From the NCBI GenBank assembly GCA_051362555.1, contig CM120641.1, positions 22,382,001 to 22,446,000 on the forward strand: 64,000 nucleotides of DNA, in the 5' to 3' direction. Positions 41,191 to 55,722 of this stretch are shown piece by piece (position 1 is the first letter of the stretch; each line of letters begins with the position of its first letter). Both the position numbers and the translations under genes were made by a program. This DNA is from Lingula anatina (lineage: Eukaryota; Animalia; Brachiopoda). The notes beneath the pieces were generated by a model. It saw nothing but the letters and a program-made list of their open reading frames with translations, was not told the DNA's origin and did not search any database.

Positions 41191-43246
41191 ACACACACAC
41201 ACACCAAAAAAAAAAAAAAAAACACCACCTTGGATGAAATGGTAACTGATAGTCCTTTATTTACACTATTTTAGACAGGTCATATGTTGAACAAACTCAA
41301 GCAAAGACAATGACATATGGATGATAAAATTGGGAATTTCTACCTGTAGGATAAGATAGTAATATTAACAACTACAATATATTCACAAAAGCACCATTCT
41401 TTCAAGAAAAGTCAACAATTTAAACAAATAAAAAGACAAAAGCAATGGATATGATATAATGCTGGAAATTAATTCAAAATAAATGTATTCCAGAGACATG
41501 ATAGTTAAGCATTTCAATTTGAAAAATAATGATGGAAAAGAGTAAATCACTGACAAAACTTCCACATGACTGTCATTAGGTTTTTACTAAGAAGTTTTAA
41601 CACTTGAGTCGTGTTAAAATGGCAGATGCAGCAGGTGCACATATCAATTCAGTTTTGTGAAAAAGTATTTCTAAAAAATAAAACAATCAAGCTTAGGGTT
41701 CTTTGTATTAAATACAGAAATATTAACACATATCAGAACACTCAGACGGTATACAGCTATTTTCCCATAAGAATGCCATCAGCATTCACAGATCCCTCTG
41801 TACATGGTCATGATTACCTACCAATGTCTGTGTCAATTCTGCTATCATGGAAACTTGGTAGATAGATGAGCAGACGGCCCAAACACTGATGTTTTTCTTT
41901 TTTTTACATTAACAAAATATACTAAATCATTGCTCTTGATTGATATGTTCATAGGGCAGTGAACAGTCTAACATGAACCCATAAAATATCTTCTTCAACC
42001 TGATTGATCAATTTTTAACCAATCCAAGTGTTTGTTCTCCAACAGTCTTGAGTCATGTAACTGCCCTTTGTTAATTTACATTTTCTATGTCAGTTGCAGC
42101 GCACCTCTTAGTGCCCAACAAACTTTGCAGTTCCACAAGTGGAGTATATATGGGACTGCGTTGTAGCATGTTGCGGATTGGCAACTGATCATGTGTCCAA
42201 TTACTCTGATAAAATCCTGTCACAAAAGAGTACAAAATCTCCAAGAGCTTGAACGTTTCCGCTTCTTGCTGTCGATTCGCAGTGGCTTGTTGGATAGGGT
42301 GGATGATTCGTACTGTGGGGAAAATCACCATTAGATTACACAGTATGTCCAAGCAGTGGTCAAATAATTATGCCAAAGAAAATGTAGAATCACTAGGACA
42401 TTTGGGATGTCCTGCACATACAATATATATACCGTATATATATATATGAACAAAATCAAGAATTAAGCAATTTTCCTTCCAACACTTAGGAATTGGCATT
42501 TCTTTGAATGTGTACATCCTGTATATGTTAAGCTGAATGAGATTAATTTACACAAAGTAATGATAATTCTGAGTTTTATGGACAGAAAGACCTCAATAGT
42601 TCTGACTCCTTTCGCAGGCACAAGGACCAACAATAGCCAAGAGGAAAATTGTCTGCAATAAAAGCCCTTCTTTTCCAATACTCCTCTTAAGTATGATATT
42701 CTGTTGCAGGTTTACCCTAAGAACCATATTAAACACCATAGTTCATCGCTATAAACTCTTTGCAAACTTACTATGCACTTTACAGATACATCATTGAAAC
42801 AACCTTATTTATGATTTTCAATTGCATACAAAATATCAATTCCTTATAATGGCATTGCACCCTTAATTAGAAAAGGTATGTTTAAACTTGCAAGTTGCGT
42901 AAACAAACACTCTTGAGTTTAAACTTTCAACTAAATCCATGGACTAGCATGCTGATATAATATGGGGGCACAAAATTCTAACACTGCAAGACCCTCCAAA
43001 CAAAAGTGTACACCATTCCAAAGCAGGCTTACAGTCCATCCAGCAATAAAGTAGTATGTTTCTATTTAGTACTACGTCACCTTAGCAAGTCATGATATTT
43101 GTATTTTTGAAAAAACATTTGGTAATGAAACTGGAAATCCATTTAATATGGCAGATAGTGGTCTTTGTAAAAGTTTTTATTCAAAATAACATCTTTCAAA
43201 AGATTCAGAGCCTTAACTTTACCAAGGTTCATCGTAAAGTGAAATT

Positions 43247-43296
<50 letters not shown>

Positions 43297-43663
43297 AAAA
43301 ATAACCTGTGGAGTTTGCTAAGATATTGCTGGCTGGAAAATGGTAATACAAGCAGTTTTTGTTCTTTTAAATTCGAAGCAAAACACAATCACCAAAAACC
43401 ATCATCTGTAACTAATTCACACTCACCAAACCTCTTCAAAACTTTGTAAAATCTGTCCAGTATATAGTATATATAATTATAATATCTTTATAAAATACCA
43501 CTATACAAGACAAATCATGCTCATAACCATTCAAAATTAAGTAGACAACATGCCTGCATTACAGTACAAATATTACAGCATCTGAGTCACGTTGGCAAAA
43601 AGTTTTTTAAAATATATATAATTTTTCTGATTCTTTAAGTTCATGGAATTCTAAGCCTTGTGA

Positions 43664-46600
43664 TCATAGAATAACACATCTCCACCGTCTTTTATCAGAA
43701 GGCTTTTCTTCTTTTACAAGTTTTTGCCCACCAGATTTCCCACTTGGACTTGAGGATTCCTAATTGGCAAAATAAAAATATACCATAAAATGACATGCAA
43801 TCTTAACCAGTTGGATCTTTTGAAATTAACAAAATGCCACCACTCAAAGCAAGCAAGATTTCACGGTGGATATTATATTCTAAAACAACATTAAATTGAC
43901 AGAATCCTCATGCCTTAAAAAAAGCAAAAAAAAAAAAAAAAAAAAAACACAGGTATAAAAAAAAACATAGAGGTATTAAAATTGTGTAAAATACATCACG
44001 ACTTAAAAATTACCTTTAAATGTTTGGTTTTGCAGAAATAATTTCCATACACATGCATAGCAATACAAACGTAACACTTGAAATGCAGGGATATAAAAGA
44101 AACCGAATAACATGCAAACAAAACACTTTAATTCAACTTTTAACTTAGCTCAGACATACAAATAAAATGCTTACCAATTTTCTGTCCATTTTGGCTTTTA
44201 TGTCCCTTGCTAATGTGAAAAATGCATTTTCTACATTTATGCTGTTTTTGGCACTGGTTTCCATGAACTTGATTCCATATTCTATTGCTAGCTGCAAGGA
44301 AAATTATCAAACAAGGGGCTTCATCATCAGGTGATATTTGTCTTGTTTACATATGTCTAACAGGAAAGGATGGAAGTATGTCATTTTGCCCAATTTTCTC
44401 ATTATGTATATATACGGCTTTTATCAAATTAAAAATTCAGACCTTACTGCCATTAAACAATACGGCATTTACCTGTTTCCCTTTATCCTCTGAAACTTGC
44501 CGCCGGTCATTCATGTCACATTTGTTTCCAAGGACCATCTTTTCTACATCTTGTGAGGCATGCTAGAAATGAAATTTAGGCAATAGGCAACTGATTACAA
44601 TTAAGATAAATTCTCTACCTCTTTATGAGTGGACATGGAGGCTGTTGGAAATAACCAACATATCTGAAGAACAATAATAATAATAATAATAATAATAATA
44701 AGCTTCTTACATGACGCCTTTCATGCTACCTCAAGGCGCCTTACAATAATGGATAATATAACTAAAATCATTAAAATGACTATAATATTTTAATATAAAA
44801 CACTCATTGGAAACCATTTAAAATTGACACTACTAAAAACTCAATCTTATTAAAATATATAAAAAATCAAAGAGATATAGACAGATTTAAAAATGTGGGT
44901 CTTTAGAAGGGTCTTTATCTGGATGTATTTGAGACTAGCTCAAATATCTATAAAAAATACTGGACTTGGGGACACCAGGAGCTGCTTGCAAAGAGGAAGT
45001 TTAGTTTGGAAATTGTCAACACTTAACAAAGCCAAATTTTTGGTCCACCTCACTTTAAGATAAATCCACAGTAGCTTTATTAGTCATGCTTTTTTTGGTC
45101 ACGTTTTCCTTGTTGTACAAAAGGGGGAATATTTCATTTGATTGGGCTACTACTCATCTATCTTGGGTCAAAGTACACTAGAGTATTGCTCTAAATGTTT
45201 AGACCAATTTTGAAGTCACATGCTTTTGTAAAACTGGTCCCTGGGTTGAAGAATCACCTGGTCTTCAGCAGAAAGTGTTCACCAATAGAACAGAATTTTA
45301 CTGACCCTGGTTTAATTTACAGGCATAAGACACAGAGCCAGTATTTATGTGTTAGACTTAGATATACAAACAACCACACATTTATCACAGTTATGTAAGT
45401 TTAAGATCAAAGACTCTTATTTATGTGCCCTATGACAGTGCTGATGCCCTGTATCCAGACTAACCAATCACACCTGTGGTTAGTTAAAACAAGCTAAAAA
45501 ACTCAATTTTATCAAAGATACAATTATATTAGCTATTTATGTAAATACACATTTATATTAAATGGGGTACAAATCAATACCATGCAACCTTATCTGGGGA
45601 CAGTTATAAGGTAATAGGAGATATATTTTCACTGGAGGGTCTAGGTTATCTATTCTGGCACTGTATCAATATTGTCCCATCATATCAATGTCAAGAGTCA
45701 ATCTCTTATCACTGCGTGTGGCACAAAACTCACCTCCTCAATGTTCCTGATCCAATTCCTTATGTTCTCAAAAGACTTTTGATTTGTGATATCATATACC
45801 AACATAATGCCCTGGAAAGTGAAGAATAATGATAATATTAATTACCCATCCATAATAATTAAACTTCAGCATCATTATGAATCATCACCTTTAGTGACTC
45901 CTGTCCCAGTCATCTTCAACAGGTCTTTTATCATTGACATTTTGCAAACTTATTCCATCACCTCTTTTTGTAGAACTCATAATAAAAGTACTTTTTAATC
46001 CTACAAAAGTGCTATCAAATGCCATAAAACAATCACTGATTGAGTAGTGTAACAATAAACAACAAGAGGCAGATAGGACATTAAGCAGTTGATAACATTC
46101 TGCCACTTTGTATTCACCTATTGCTATTTTCATGACGTCAATATTTCATGCATGCACTCCAAAATTTTCCTTTGTCCTTAGATGTATATGGAACCGAGTT
46201 AAATATAGGTTAATTATTTTTAGCCATTATTTCAATGATCAATCCCTTGTTAGTCCAAGCCAAAGCTTTTGTAACTGCTTTTTATTTCAAGGAAAATTTT
46301 AAAAAGGGAGCAAAAGTACATTTTAACTGATCAAAATAATGGACATGTAATTATAAAAGTCATTCATGTGATAATTGTTCTCACCATGGCCCCTCTGTAG
46401 TAAGCTGTGGTGATTGTACGAAACCTCTCCTGGCCTGCTGTGTCCCTAGAATAGCAAAACAATATAAACTGTCAAATAATGAGATATTTGGGAGTTAATC
46501 TGATGAAAACAACCATCTAGTGATCAGGACAATAAACATTCCATCCCTGGGTTCACACAAGTTGTTAAGCCCTTCTTTTTGGATGGATATAATTCAGCTT

Positions 46601-49600
46601 GACTGAAAAATTAAAAATATAGAGCCAGTTTTACAAAAGAATGTGACTCAAAATGGTCTTAACATGTACAGCAATATTCTAACGTACATGACATTACTGA
46701 CTAAAAAGTCCTTGATAGCAAAAAGCACCTTTACCGGATTGTAAACTTAGCTTTCCCTCTTTTTTTTTTAAATACACAACAAAGTACTAGTAAGGTTACA
46801 TCAGCAGTATGAAATAACAAAATGTTTTCTTACAAAGTTCTCTTTTTTTCCTATTTCAATGAAACTTACCATATCTGTAACTTGATCTTTTTCCCGTCGA
46901 GTTCTATTGTTCTGATCTTAAAATCTATTCCTGAAATAAAAACAACACACAAACATGAACAAGGATTTAAAATAACAAAATCAGGTGCATTCAAGTTGTG
47001 TCAAACACCTGAAGCTGCTCCGATCACTGATGCAGCCTCTTTCTGTTTCAATCAGTGGAACACAACAACCAGCAATTTCTACTCTGTTTAAAGAAAATAC
47101 CATATTATTGCATAAAATCAAGGTAAAATCATAAAGTTTATGTTCTATAATCCTAATACGTCAAACTCAATGGATCATCAGATTAGTTTGTATGGCTAAA
47201 AATGTAATATACACTTCAGATTTATAATATAGATATATTTTGTAACTTCCTCCCATTAGTAAGGTGCACAGAGAACCACAAAGACATCTATCAGCAAGAA
47301 AACAAAGATCCACCCAATAATTAAGTACTGTCACACTATGACTATTGGACACTCCCAACAAATCCAGCCACCCTTGCCCATTGTTATCACTGGCCAGTGG
47401 TTTGCTTCCACAAAGTGACATCACTCTTCAGATAAAATTCAAAATCAAAGATGAACAAAATGTTGAACTGGCTGTAGTTCACAGCAAATCAATTTTAAAA
47501 TCGAAATCAAAACCAACAGCACTCTATCTCCCACCCCTACCCATCAAAGTTAGGGGGATGTGCTTTCTCTTGATTTTTTACAACTGTTCATTGTCAACTC
47601 AAGGGGTATTAATGTACATGAATGATGACAAAATGGAAGAAATACATCTGTGAGAAATGGGGGGAAATCTCCTGCAACTTCATTGCACAGACCCCATAAA
47701 TCAACAGCAGAGTAATCTGAGTAAGCTTTGGAATTTCAGAATGTAGAACACATTATCCAAGCCATTACAACAGCATGACTCAAATGTTTACTACTGGGTC
47801 TAAATGGATAAATATGCCTTTGGGGGCATGTGATACATAAACTGCATTTCCATGCAAACTTGGGCCGACTTCACTTCGTAAAAACATTTTTAACAAATAG
47901 TTTGATTGCTACTTGCTCGTCAAGGAGCCAATCTGATGGCATGCACCTTGCTTCATTTAAAATAGCAGTGAATGGGATAGTTAAGATTTGTTGCCTCCCT
48001 TGAGCACGTCATAAATCCTATAGTTTGCTGAGATAAATGGTACTGATGAAGAACTACCCAATTTGACTGGAAACATGACTTTACAAGCTGGTAACATCCT
48101 GGTTCTTGAATTTCCTTATCATTTGATAGAGCACTCTATGCATGACCTATGGTTTTGTAATCAGGGCAAAATAGAAAATGTTGTTTTTTTTTGTTTGTTT
48201 TTTTCATGGCATGCCCCTTTTTTGTATCTCTCAGAAATAACATGCTAGGCAACACTGGGGTGCCAGTTCTGTGATCAAGGGGGCAGATCCCATGGGGACC
48301 TTAAAAACATACACTGGGTAATTGACAAATGGATATTATATGCTTTGTCATATTTTATATGCTTTATATATTGCTAAATATGTCAATGACTGCTTCAGAA
48401 TAATAGCAGAATAGAACTGATTGCAATAACAGAATTTTGAAGCTATATATGTGAAGCAAACGTATCCTGGCATGTCATTTCTTTCATTTTCTTTAATATC
48501 ATAAAACAGATTAGTTGTAATGGTGTATGGTCAATAAACTACTAGTATTCTATGCATACAGCTAGAGGCACTATTCAGTGTTTTGACCCACTTTCCAAAA
48601 CTCACTTCTGTCTTTTTAAAACCTCTTTTTAGCTAAACCTTCATATTCTTAACTTGGCAAGTGATAAAAAAAGATTTCTGTAACCTATTCATGCAAGAGT
48701 ACAGTAAGGATCGCAGACCTGAAACCAGTAATTTTAAAGGGCATTCTTTTCTACAAATGTGGATCTTCTCATTCCTTCATATGACAACTGGAAAAATGGC
48801 ACAGTATCTAAATCAAATTTTTGTTTCAGAACAGACATTTTTCGTCCAAAAAGACAATTCTTTTTTGTCTTCTAAAATCCATGGTCTATGGGGCAGGTTT
48901 GTACATATAAATTAATACAGGTGAACCACCTAAGGTATGCACAGCAACACCTGGACATCTTGGTCATATTTGAATTAATACACTGATATCCATTTGAAAT
49001 AACATCAGGTTCCAATATGCCAGGGAGACCCCATGCTATTTTTGCTATTTGGCCGTTTTCCAAATCTGAATACACTAATATTCCTGTATCCCACTGTTAA
49101 TTTCTAGGTATAGAACATTAATCGCTGGAGCAATAAAAAGTCACACTGAGAGTAACAACAGAAGTTATTTATAATTTCCTGCCAAAGTCCTTAAAATTGA
49201 TTAAGGTTTTAAACAAAATAATAATAATAATTAATAAAACAACCTAAAAATAAATACATAAATAAAATAATAAAAATTTGTGAAAATTTACAAATAACAG
49301 TTGTATCCATCAGTGTATTTCTAAGATTCCTCTTGAATATCTTATGTCCCAGTTAAGTAAAGTTTCTTCACAATAACAATGATGAATTGGCCAAAATAAT
49401 CAAACATATATATCATCTAACCTCTTTTTGTCATATTAAAAACATAATTTATCATTTGAGGAGAGTAAGTTTGAGCCTAGCAATATCAGGAGCATTATAC
49501 CTAGCAACATCCTTCAGAAATGCACTGGATGCAGCCAACAGAAATATCTGCTCTTTAAGACATAAACACTGGTACATGACACACCTGGGCAAACTTCCAC

Positions 49601-50575
49601 ATAGTCTTTCTGGCAATCTTTCAACAACATTCACTTTACTACTAAATCAACCAAAATATATACAAGACACAAAAACAATTTGATTACTTAACAGTTGATG
49701 TGAAGAAAATGAAATAAATAAATTCTACAGCCTTAGTGCTTTATTTTTAAGTAAAAAAATTTAGGAAATAATCTTTTAAGAAAAAAGGATTAGGTCAAAT
49801 GATTTCAATAGTGTCATTTGATTTTTATAACATAAATATTATGCAAATCTTAGTGATCAAAAATATATAAGTCAAAACAATTTCTCTCGATTTTTATGAT
49901 AGTTTCCAAAATTTTCAAATGTTTATAAGTGAGTGACCAGATACATATATGCATTAACTTATCCTCTTTTTAGTATCCTCCTATCATAACATAAATTTTT
50001 TAACTTATCTGATTACATAGTCTGATAGAAAGTATAAATGGAAAAGGCATCAAATTAACAATACAAACGAAACATTAAACCACATTGACAGCTCAATGAC
50101 ACCTCAATATGACATTCAACTTGTGGATATAATTTACATTACTTCCATCCGTCAGTGATAAATTTACATGAACATACTCTGCAATAATGGCACGATTGAG
50201 ATATTCTCCCTCTTTAAAACAGCATACGGGTATTTTATTTTCTATTTCTTCAATGCACCATGCCATACTCTTTCAAATATCAACTTATCCATGGACACAT
50301 AATTAAAGAAGGTCGAAAAAATATGCAGCAACAGACTATCAGCACCACTACCGCGGAACACAGCGGCACGAAATCGTCAACGATCTAAATCTTATCAATA
50401 TCAGCAGCGCATTTTTCATGAAAATAATCTAGGCAAAGACAAGCAACTTACCTATAGTGGAAATGAATGTGGAGTTGAATGCATCCTCTGAGAATCTGAA
50501 AAGAACGCAAGTTTTCCCGACCCCCGAATCACCAATCAATAGAAGCTTGAAAAGATAATCATAGGTTTTCGCCAT
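43664..50575 (-). CDS. RAB8A: Ras-related protein Rab-8
   Basis: Exons 50575-50452, 46930-46870, 46445-46385, 45811-45734, 44562-44473, 44291-44175, 43759-43664. Translation: [83 protein letters not shown]...; ends in the CAAX box CVIL*. Confidence 0.96.
44675..44920 (-). mobile_element. L2-type LINE/SINE 3' tail remnant
   Basis: Minus strand reads TTGTAAGGCGCCTTGAG...AAAGGCGTCATGTAAGAAGC followed by an (ATT)n tail, resembling the L2-family 3' stem-loop plus microsatellite tail. Confidence 0.5.
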
Positions 50576-50844
50576 GTCTGTCCGTATGTCCGACAGGGAA
50601 CACCCTCTGTATTACTTCCGGGTTACTAAAATTAGGATTGTGTCCCGGAAAGTGTAAATGATTTTTATGTCTATATACTTTGAGTTATGTGTCTTTGTAG
50701 AGTTTAATTATATTGCATTAATAATGAAATAAAATGGGTCGATTAATGACAATTTACTATTATATTTTGATTTTATTTCAATCTCTTTCCGCAACAGATG
50801 ATTCACTTCTAAGGCAACCATTCTGACAGAGCAGAGAACTTGTG
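50576..50844. promoter_or_regulatory. Putative bidirectional promoter between Rab8 and HAP40, with an ETS-type site
   Basis: Divergent ATGs about 270 bp apart; ACTTCCGG at 50614-50621 and CCGGAAAG at about 50645. Confidence 0.65.
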
Positions 50845-53800
50845 ATGGAACGAGATGCCGACTACCTTGGCAGATACAGGAGTATTTCTAACAAACTTAA
50901 GAAGTAATCCTCTCTCTCTCTCATTGTTTGATGTCTGCCCAATCATATTTTAATTTAGTTGTAATTTACATGCAATCTACCACACAGTCTCCTGCAACGT
51001 ATTAATATTATGTTGTAGATTTTATTTATTATCATACATTGTAGAAGTAGAGAAAGTGGAACTTTCTATTACGTCTCTGTTATTATTTAGTAGAAAGATC
51101 ATTATGAAGCATTTCACTGTTGATTTCCAGACGGTTCTTGAAGAAACCCAATGTTGCAGAGGGCAGCGAACAGTTTGGTGAGTATAATTCATCCTCTGTT
51201 TCATCACTGCAGAATTTTAAATAATTTTTCAGTTCCAACATTAATACTTAAAGTTTATAATGAATCTGATTGTAGTACATGTATCTCTGTAGTATACATT
51301 GGTTATCTTCTACAATTTCAGCTTCTTTAGGGAAGACTTTCCGCCAGCAAGAATGCCAGCAATATGCAGGCTTTTGTTCCTTAGCACAAGCAAGGTTTGT
51401 ATATATATAACCATTCCTGCTGAATAGAAAGTATTTTATTATTTAAGAGACAAAAACAGCACTTAATTCTTGGACAGAGCCATAGCTTTGTTTGCCTTAA
51501 TTTAAGACCCTGCCCTGCTGCTTACCTCAGGAAAGGCCTTGATTATGACCAAGGCAATATATCCTATTAGGCAGGTTGAAGCAGATAATGCACTTGCTTC
51601 TTCCTGAAATTATCCATATTTATTTTACTGATAATACTGGCCACAGGGTTGGTGGAGACTTTTTTAGTGAGTGGTTTGCCTCATCACTTTTCAATCCCCG
51701 AGTATGACATGGCTTCATGACCCTTTCGCCTTTGTATTAAAACTTGCAAAATCCTCAGTCTTGTATTACATTTGACAACCTTGCATTGTACCATGCCCAT
51801 ATTATGTGATTTCAGATGTGAGCATACCTTGGCCAACCCAGCAGGTGAGGCCCAAGCACTGACTGAAGCAGGCAGGGCCTTCATGGAGGCAGAGATGGCA
51901 GACAGAGAGCTGGATTGTCCTTGCTTTGAGGAAAATCTGACTGCTGCCATCAACTGTTATGGGCATGCAGTCAGGGTAAGTAGCTCTGAGTATTTGACTG
52001 CGTTTCCTTAACCTTATCATACTAGCAGGATTGATCTATCTCAGCGGGGATTCTTGCTAAGGTGCAGACAATGTAATTTGTCTGGCACACCCCTCTCATA
52101 AAGCAACATGAACAACATTGTCAACCACAAAGTTTTCCCAACGATATCCAAGTACCTTAAGTTATGCGGGGGCAGGCCAGACATTTAAGCGGCTTTAACT
52201 GAATAGCAAGAATCCCTGAGGAGTAAGATCCATCCAGCTAGTACTATAGGGTTATGGGAATGTCCCTTTGAGTTTTGAGGCAACAGACAGGAATACTTAT
52301 ATATGTCTTGGGTCCAAAACTGGTTTACAGACAAAATTATTCTGCCTTAAGTCATTAGTGAATTTTCACAGTACTGAAAATAATTATAATTACAGAAAAA
52401 TCATGATGAAAATAGATGTCTATCAATTGGTTTTTAGTGGAGATATACGTGTTATTGTAGAGGATGTAGTAGCAATTTATATAGCAGACATAATCATTTA
52501 ATATAATGTTCATTGTATTTTAGGTACATATAGAATCTAAGCAGTCTGCCTTGGCTGCAGCACTTTGTGTAGAACTGGGAGACTCCCTGAGGGTATGCTT
52601 TGATTTTATATCGGAATGATTTTAGAAAATCAAATTTAAATATATGTATATTTTTGTACCTGCACTATTGTATATTTCAAGGGTCAAAGGATTGTGATTT
52701 TTGTAACAAAATAAGATATTTTACTCCATTGTAAATGACATACATGACAGTTGCTGCAGTTTTTCTTCATTATTGACCAAAATGTGGTATTATTTGTATG
52801 CTGCCACTGTTCCAGGGTCTTGGTAAGTCTGGGGAGGCCATGGCACACTATCAGAGAGCAGCAGAGCTACAGTATCAGGTATTCCTCAGGCTCTGTAGAT
52901 ATTTTTACACTGCCTGGTTTGTTAACATCAACCTTTACTCTTGGCTGAGACCCCAGAGGGCTAAATTTCCACTTTAGTTTACATTTTATTTATTGTTATC
53001 ATTATTTTTATTTGTGTCTTATACAATATTAATATTTTTAAAGAAAAAGAAATCATTATTTCAGAACCCCCTGGACTGTCTGTTTTCTATGGGCTTTGTG
53101 GCAACTTGTAAAATTGAAACAGGTAACATAATTGCAAATTTACTTCTAGTACTTACAATATGGAATGGAATTTAATATCAAGTGCGCACATTTTTTCACA
53201 ACTGAAAAAATTCCATTTGAGATTAACTTACTTGCATATATGACCTTCAAAGATTTAAAAGTACTTTTTATGCTAAGATATATACCTGACTGTGTAAAAA
53301 CATTCCTTTTGAACATTTTTGCTGCAACTTGAGAGCTGTCACTGTCAATTAGGAAACATTGAATATACAATGTTGTTTTGTGATTTTTCTAGGTGATTTT
53401 GATGGTGCTTTGGCAGTCCTTACAGAAATGGCTTACTTAGCTCATGAGAGAGGAGGTATGTGGCATTTGGAATTGAAAAAAAAAATCAATTCTGCAACAA
53501 ACACATGTAATTTTTTATTGCATTTACTGGATGGAGACAAAATACATCTCAATAAATTGCAGTATTTTAGATTACTTAATTATTTAAGAAATTTATCTAC
53601 TTGACTGTTACAATGTTAATGTTAATGTTAATGTGTTGAAACTGAAGTTGGTTATTATAGAACTTTTGTTATGATTTGTCCTTTCAGGTGGCAACAGTGG
53701 CAAACCTCTAGGTGCTTTCTGTGACATACTGGCCAGATGTGAAGTTACAAGGGTGCTGCTTTTAATGCTTCTACAGGTATAGCATTGATTAACTCTCTGT

Positions 53801-54819
53801 GCGTTTATTGTGAAATACTAAACCACGTGACAATCTGCAGGGACAGTCATCATCACAAGATAGGCTTACAGACTTGCTTGTGAAAGGGGTTGTACTTGTA
53901 GGTTACACTTCTGCTTTCAACAGATGGGCAATACACAGAGAAAGTTTTTGTTTTGATGAAATGCAGGAATTCTTTTGAAATCTGCTTACTCCACTGTGAA
54001 TTATATATGTGAGTAAAATGTCTGTAATGAGGTCACTCAATTATGCACACAGGCATATTTGATCTTGTTTTACATACAATTTCCTGATGTTTCAGCCTAT
54101 ACTAAAATATATTGTGCACACATTTCTCAAAATTTGCTTAATACATATCAGGAAGTTGTTCTTTTAGCCCACTCCTCAGAGGATACGACCAGAACATGCC
54201 CAGACCCTGGAAAAGTATACATGGGGAGCCTCAGACACAGAAGACAGTACATCAGGTACATAGGACATAAAACTGTGTGAAGAGAATAAAGATGATCTGA
54301 TTCACTGTACTGGCTTTTGTGAAAAAAGTTGATACACCTTGGAAGTCAGTAATCTATTATTAGACCTTGTAATTTTGCACGATTTCAAAAGGCCTAAATC
54401 AAGTCTTTTTGGTTAAAAAAATTTTTTTTTTATTCTATTGCTTTTGACAAAAAACATCACTTGCTTTTATTTTTAGTGCAATGTATCAATGAAGATCTTT
54501 TCCTATTACTGCAATCAGTTGTGGTAGGTAGAAACAGTTGTTATAACCTTTATGTAGAAATAATTGTAGGTCATAATTAGGGCATCTTTACTACCCATTT
54601 TCTCATTTGTGAGAACATCATTATTTTAAATTTTGATGCATTCTTAATTTTTGAATAAAAATTTCACAAATATCCTTGATGTTTCAGATGGCCTGTCAGT
54701 CAAGGGATACAGAATCTTTAAAATCCCTACAGGTAGAGCTATGGCCCCTTTTGTCTGCAGAACAGAACCAGTTACTCCATCTAGTGGTGAAAGAACTGTC
54801 AAGTTCAGCAAAGGAGTGA
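50845..54819 (+). CDS. F8A1: 40-kDa huntingtin-associated protein (HAP40 / factor VIII intron 22 protein), 12 exons
   Basis: Exons 50845-50903, 51131-51177, 51322-51394, 51816-51975, 52524-52592, 52816-52878, 53065-53122, 53393-53455, 53688-53776, 54168-54255, 54477-54523, 54688-54819. Motifs [76 protein letters not shown] and [16 protein letters not shown] match HAP40. Confidence 0.92.
52020..52243. mobile_element. MITE with about 40-bp imperfect TIRs in a HAP40 intron
   Basis: TACTAGCAGGATTGATCT...GGGATTCTTGCTA pairs with TAGCAAGAATCCC...AGATCCATCCAGCTAGTA. Confidence 0.65.
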
Positions 54820-55722
54820 CCTTCAAACTGTATATTAAAGTGAAATGTGTATTAGTATGTAAATGTGTCCATATAGTTCCTGCAAGGCAGATTCACAATG
54901 GCTTTTGATGAAGACCTTATATTAGGCAGGGCAAAGAAAGATGCCTACACATTGTGGCTAATTTATTTGAACATAAAAGATGTACATATAAGATAACAAA
55001 AGTTTGAGGAATTCATTGGTATTCTTACAATTTCCTTCTAGCTGAAAAGTCTTTTGCTTGTCAGTGCATACATTCCTAATAAGAGATCTTTACAAGAAAC
55101 TTTTCAGAATACTGATAAAAGTAAATGTGGATTATATGTAGACAGTTCCAAGAAGCTCAAGCTGTGATTACACATCTTTTTATTATTTGGTTGACACATG
55201 CAATAGCCCAATAGGGATCCATTATATGTGGTTATACCAAACACAACATGATTGTCCTGACTAGTCTTGTATACAAAACATGAATTCATTAAAAATACAT
55301 GAAAAATAAATTTAAATATATATACAATATTTTTTCTAACATCAATACTGAACAATTCCATAAATTGGAAGAGAAGTGACAGGAAGAAAATAAACCACCT
55401 ATAGTTCACCTAAACATAAAAAATTAGCAAAATTCTTGGACAAAATATTATGTGTATTCTTTCATTAAGGTAAAATATGAGCAAGAGGTTATTCTCACAA
55501 ACTTTTTGTTTTCCACTAGAGTTGACAATGACTTCAACATCTTAATACTACATTAATATAAAAAGAGCTCACACATACTTACACTTTTAAAATAAGAGTC
55601 AAAAAGGTAATACATTTGTAAAAATCATTCCAATCCACTGGTGGCTTAAAATGTAGACCTACAGGTACTGTTATCTTACCAAAGCAAAACAAATTATTTT
55701 TACAGATATCTGTTTAAAGCTC

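Noticed and set aside
50904-51130. Possible U12 intron in HAP40 (donor GTAATCCT)
   Set aside because: Does not match the strict RTATCCTT consensus, and no TCCTTAAC branch site is seen.
54524-54687. U12-like branch sequence TCCTTGAT near the last HAP40 acceptor
   Set aside because: The donor is GTAGGT, an ordinary U2 type.
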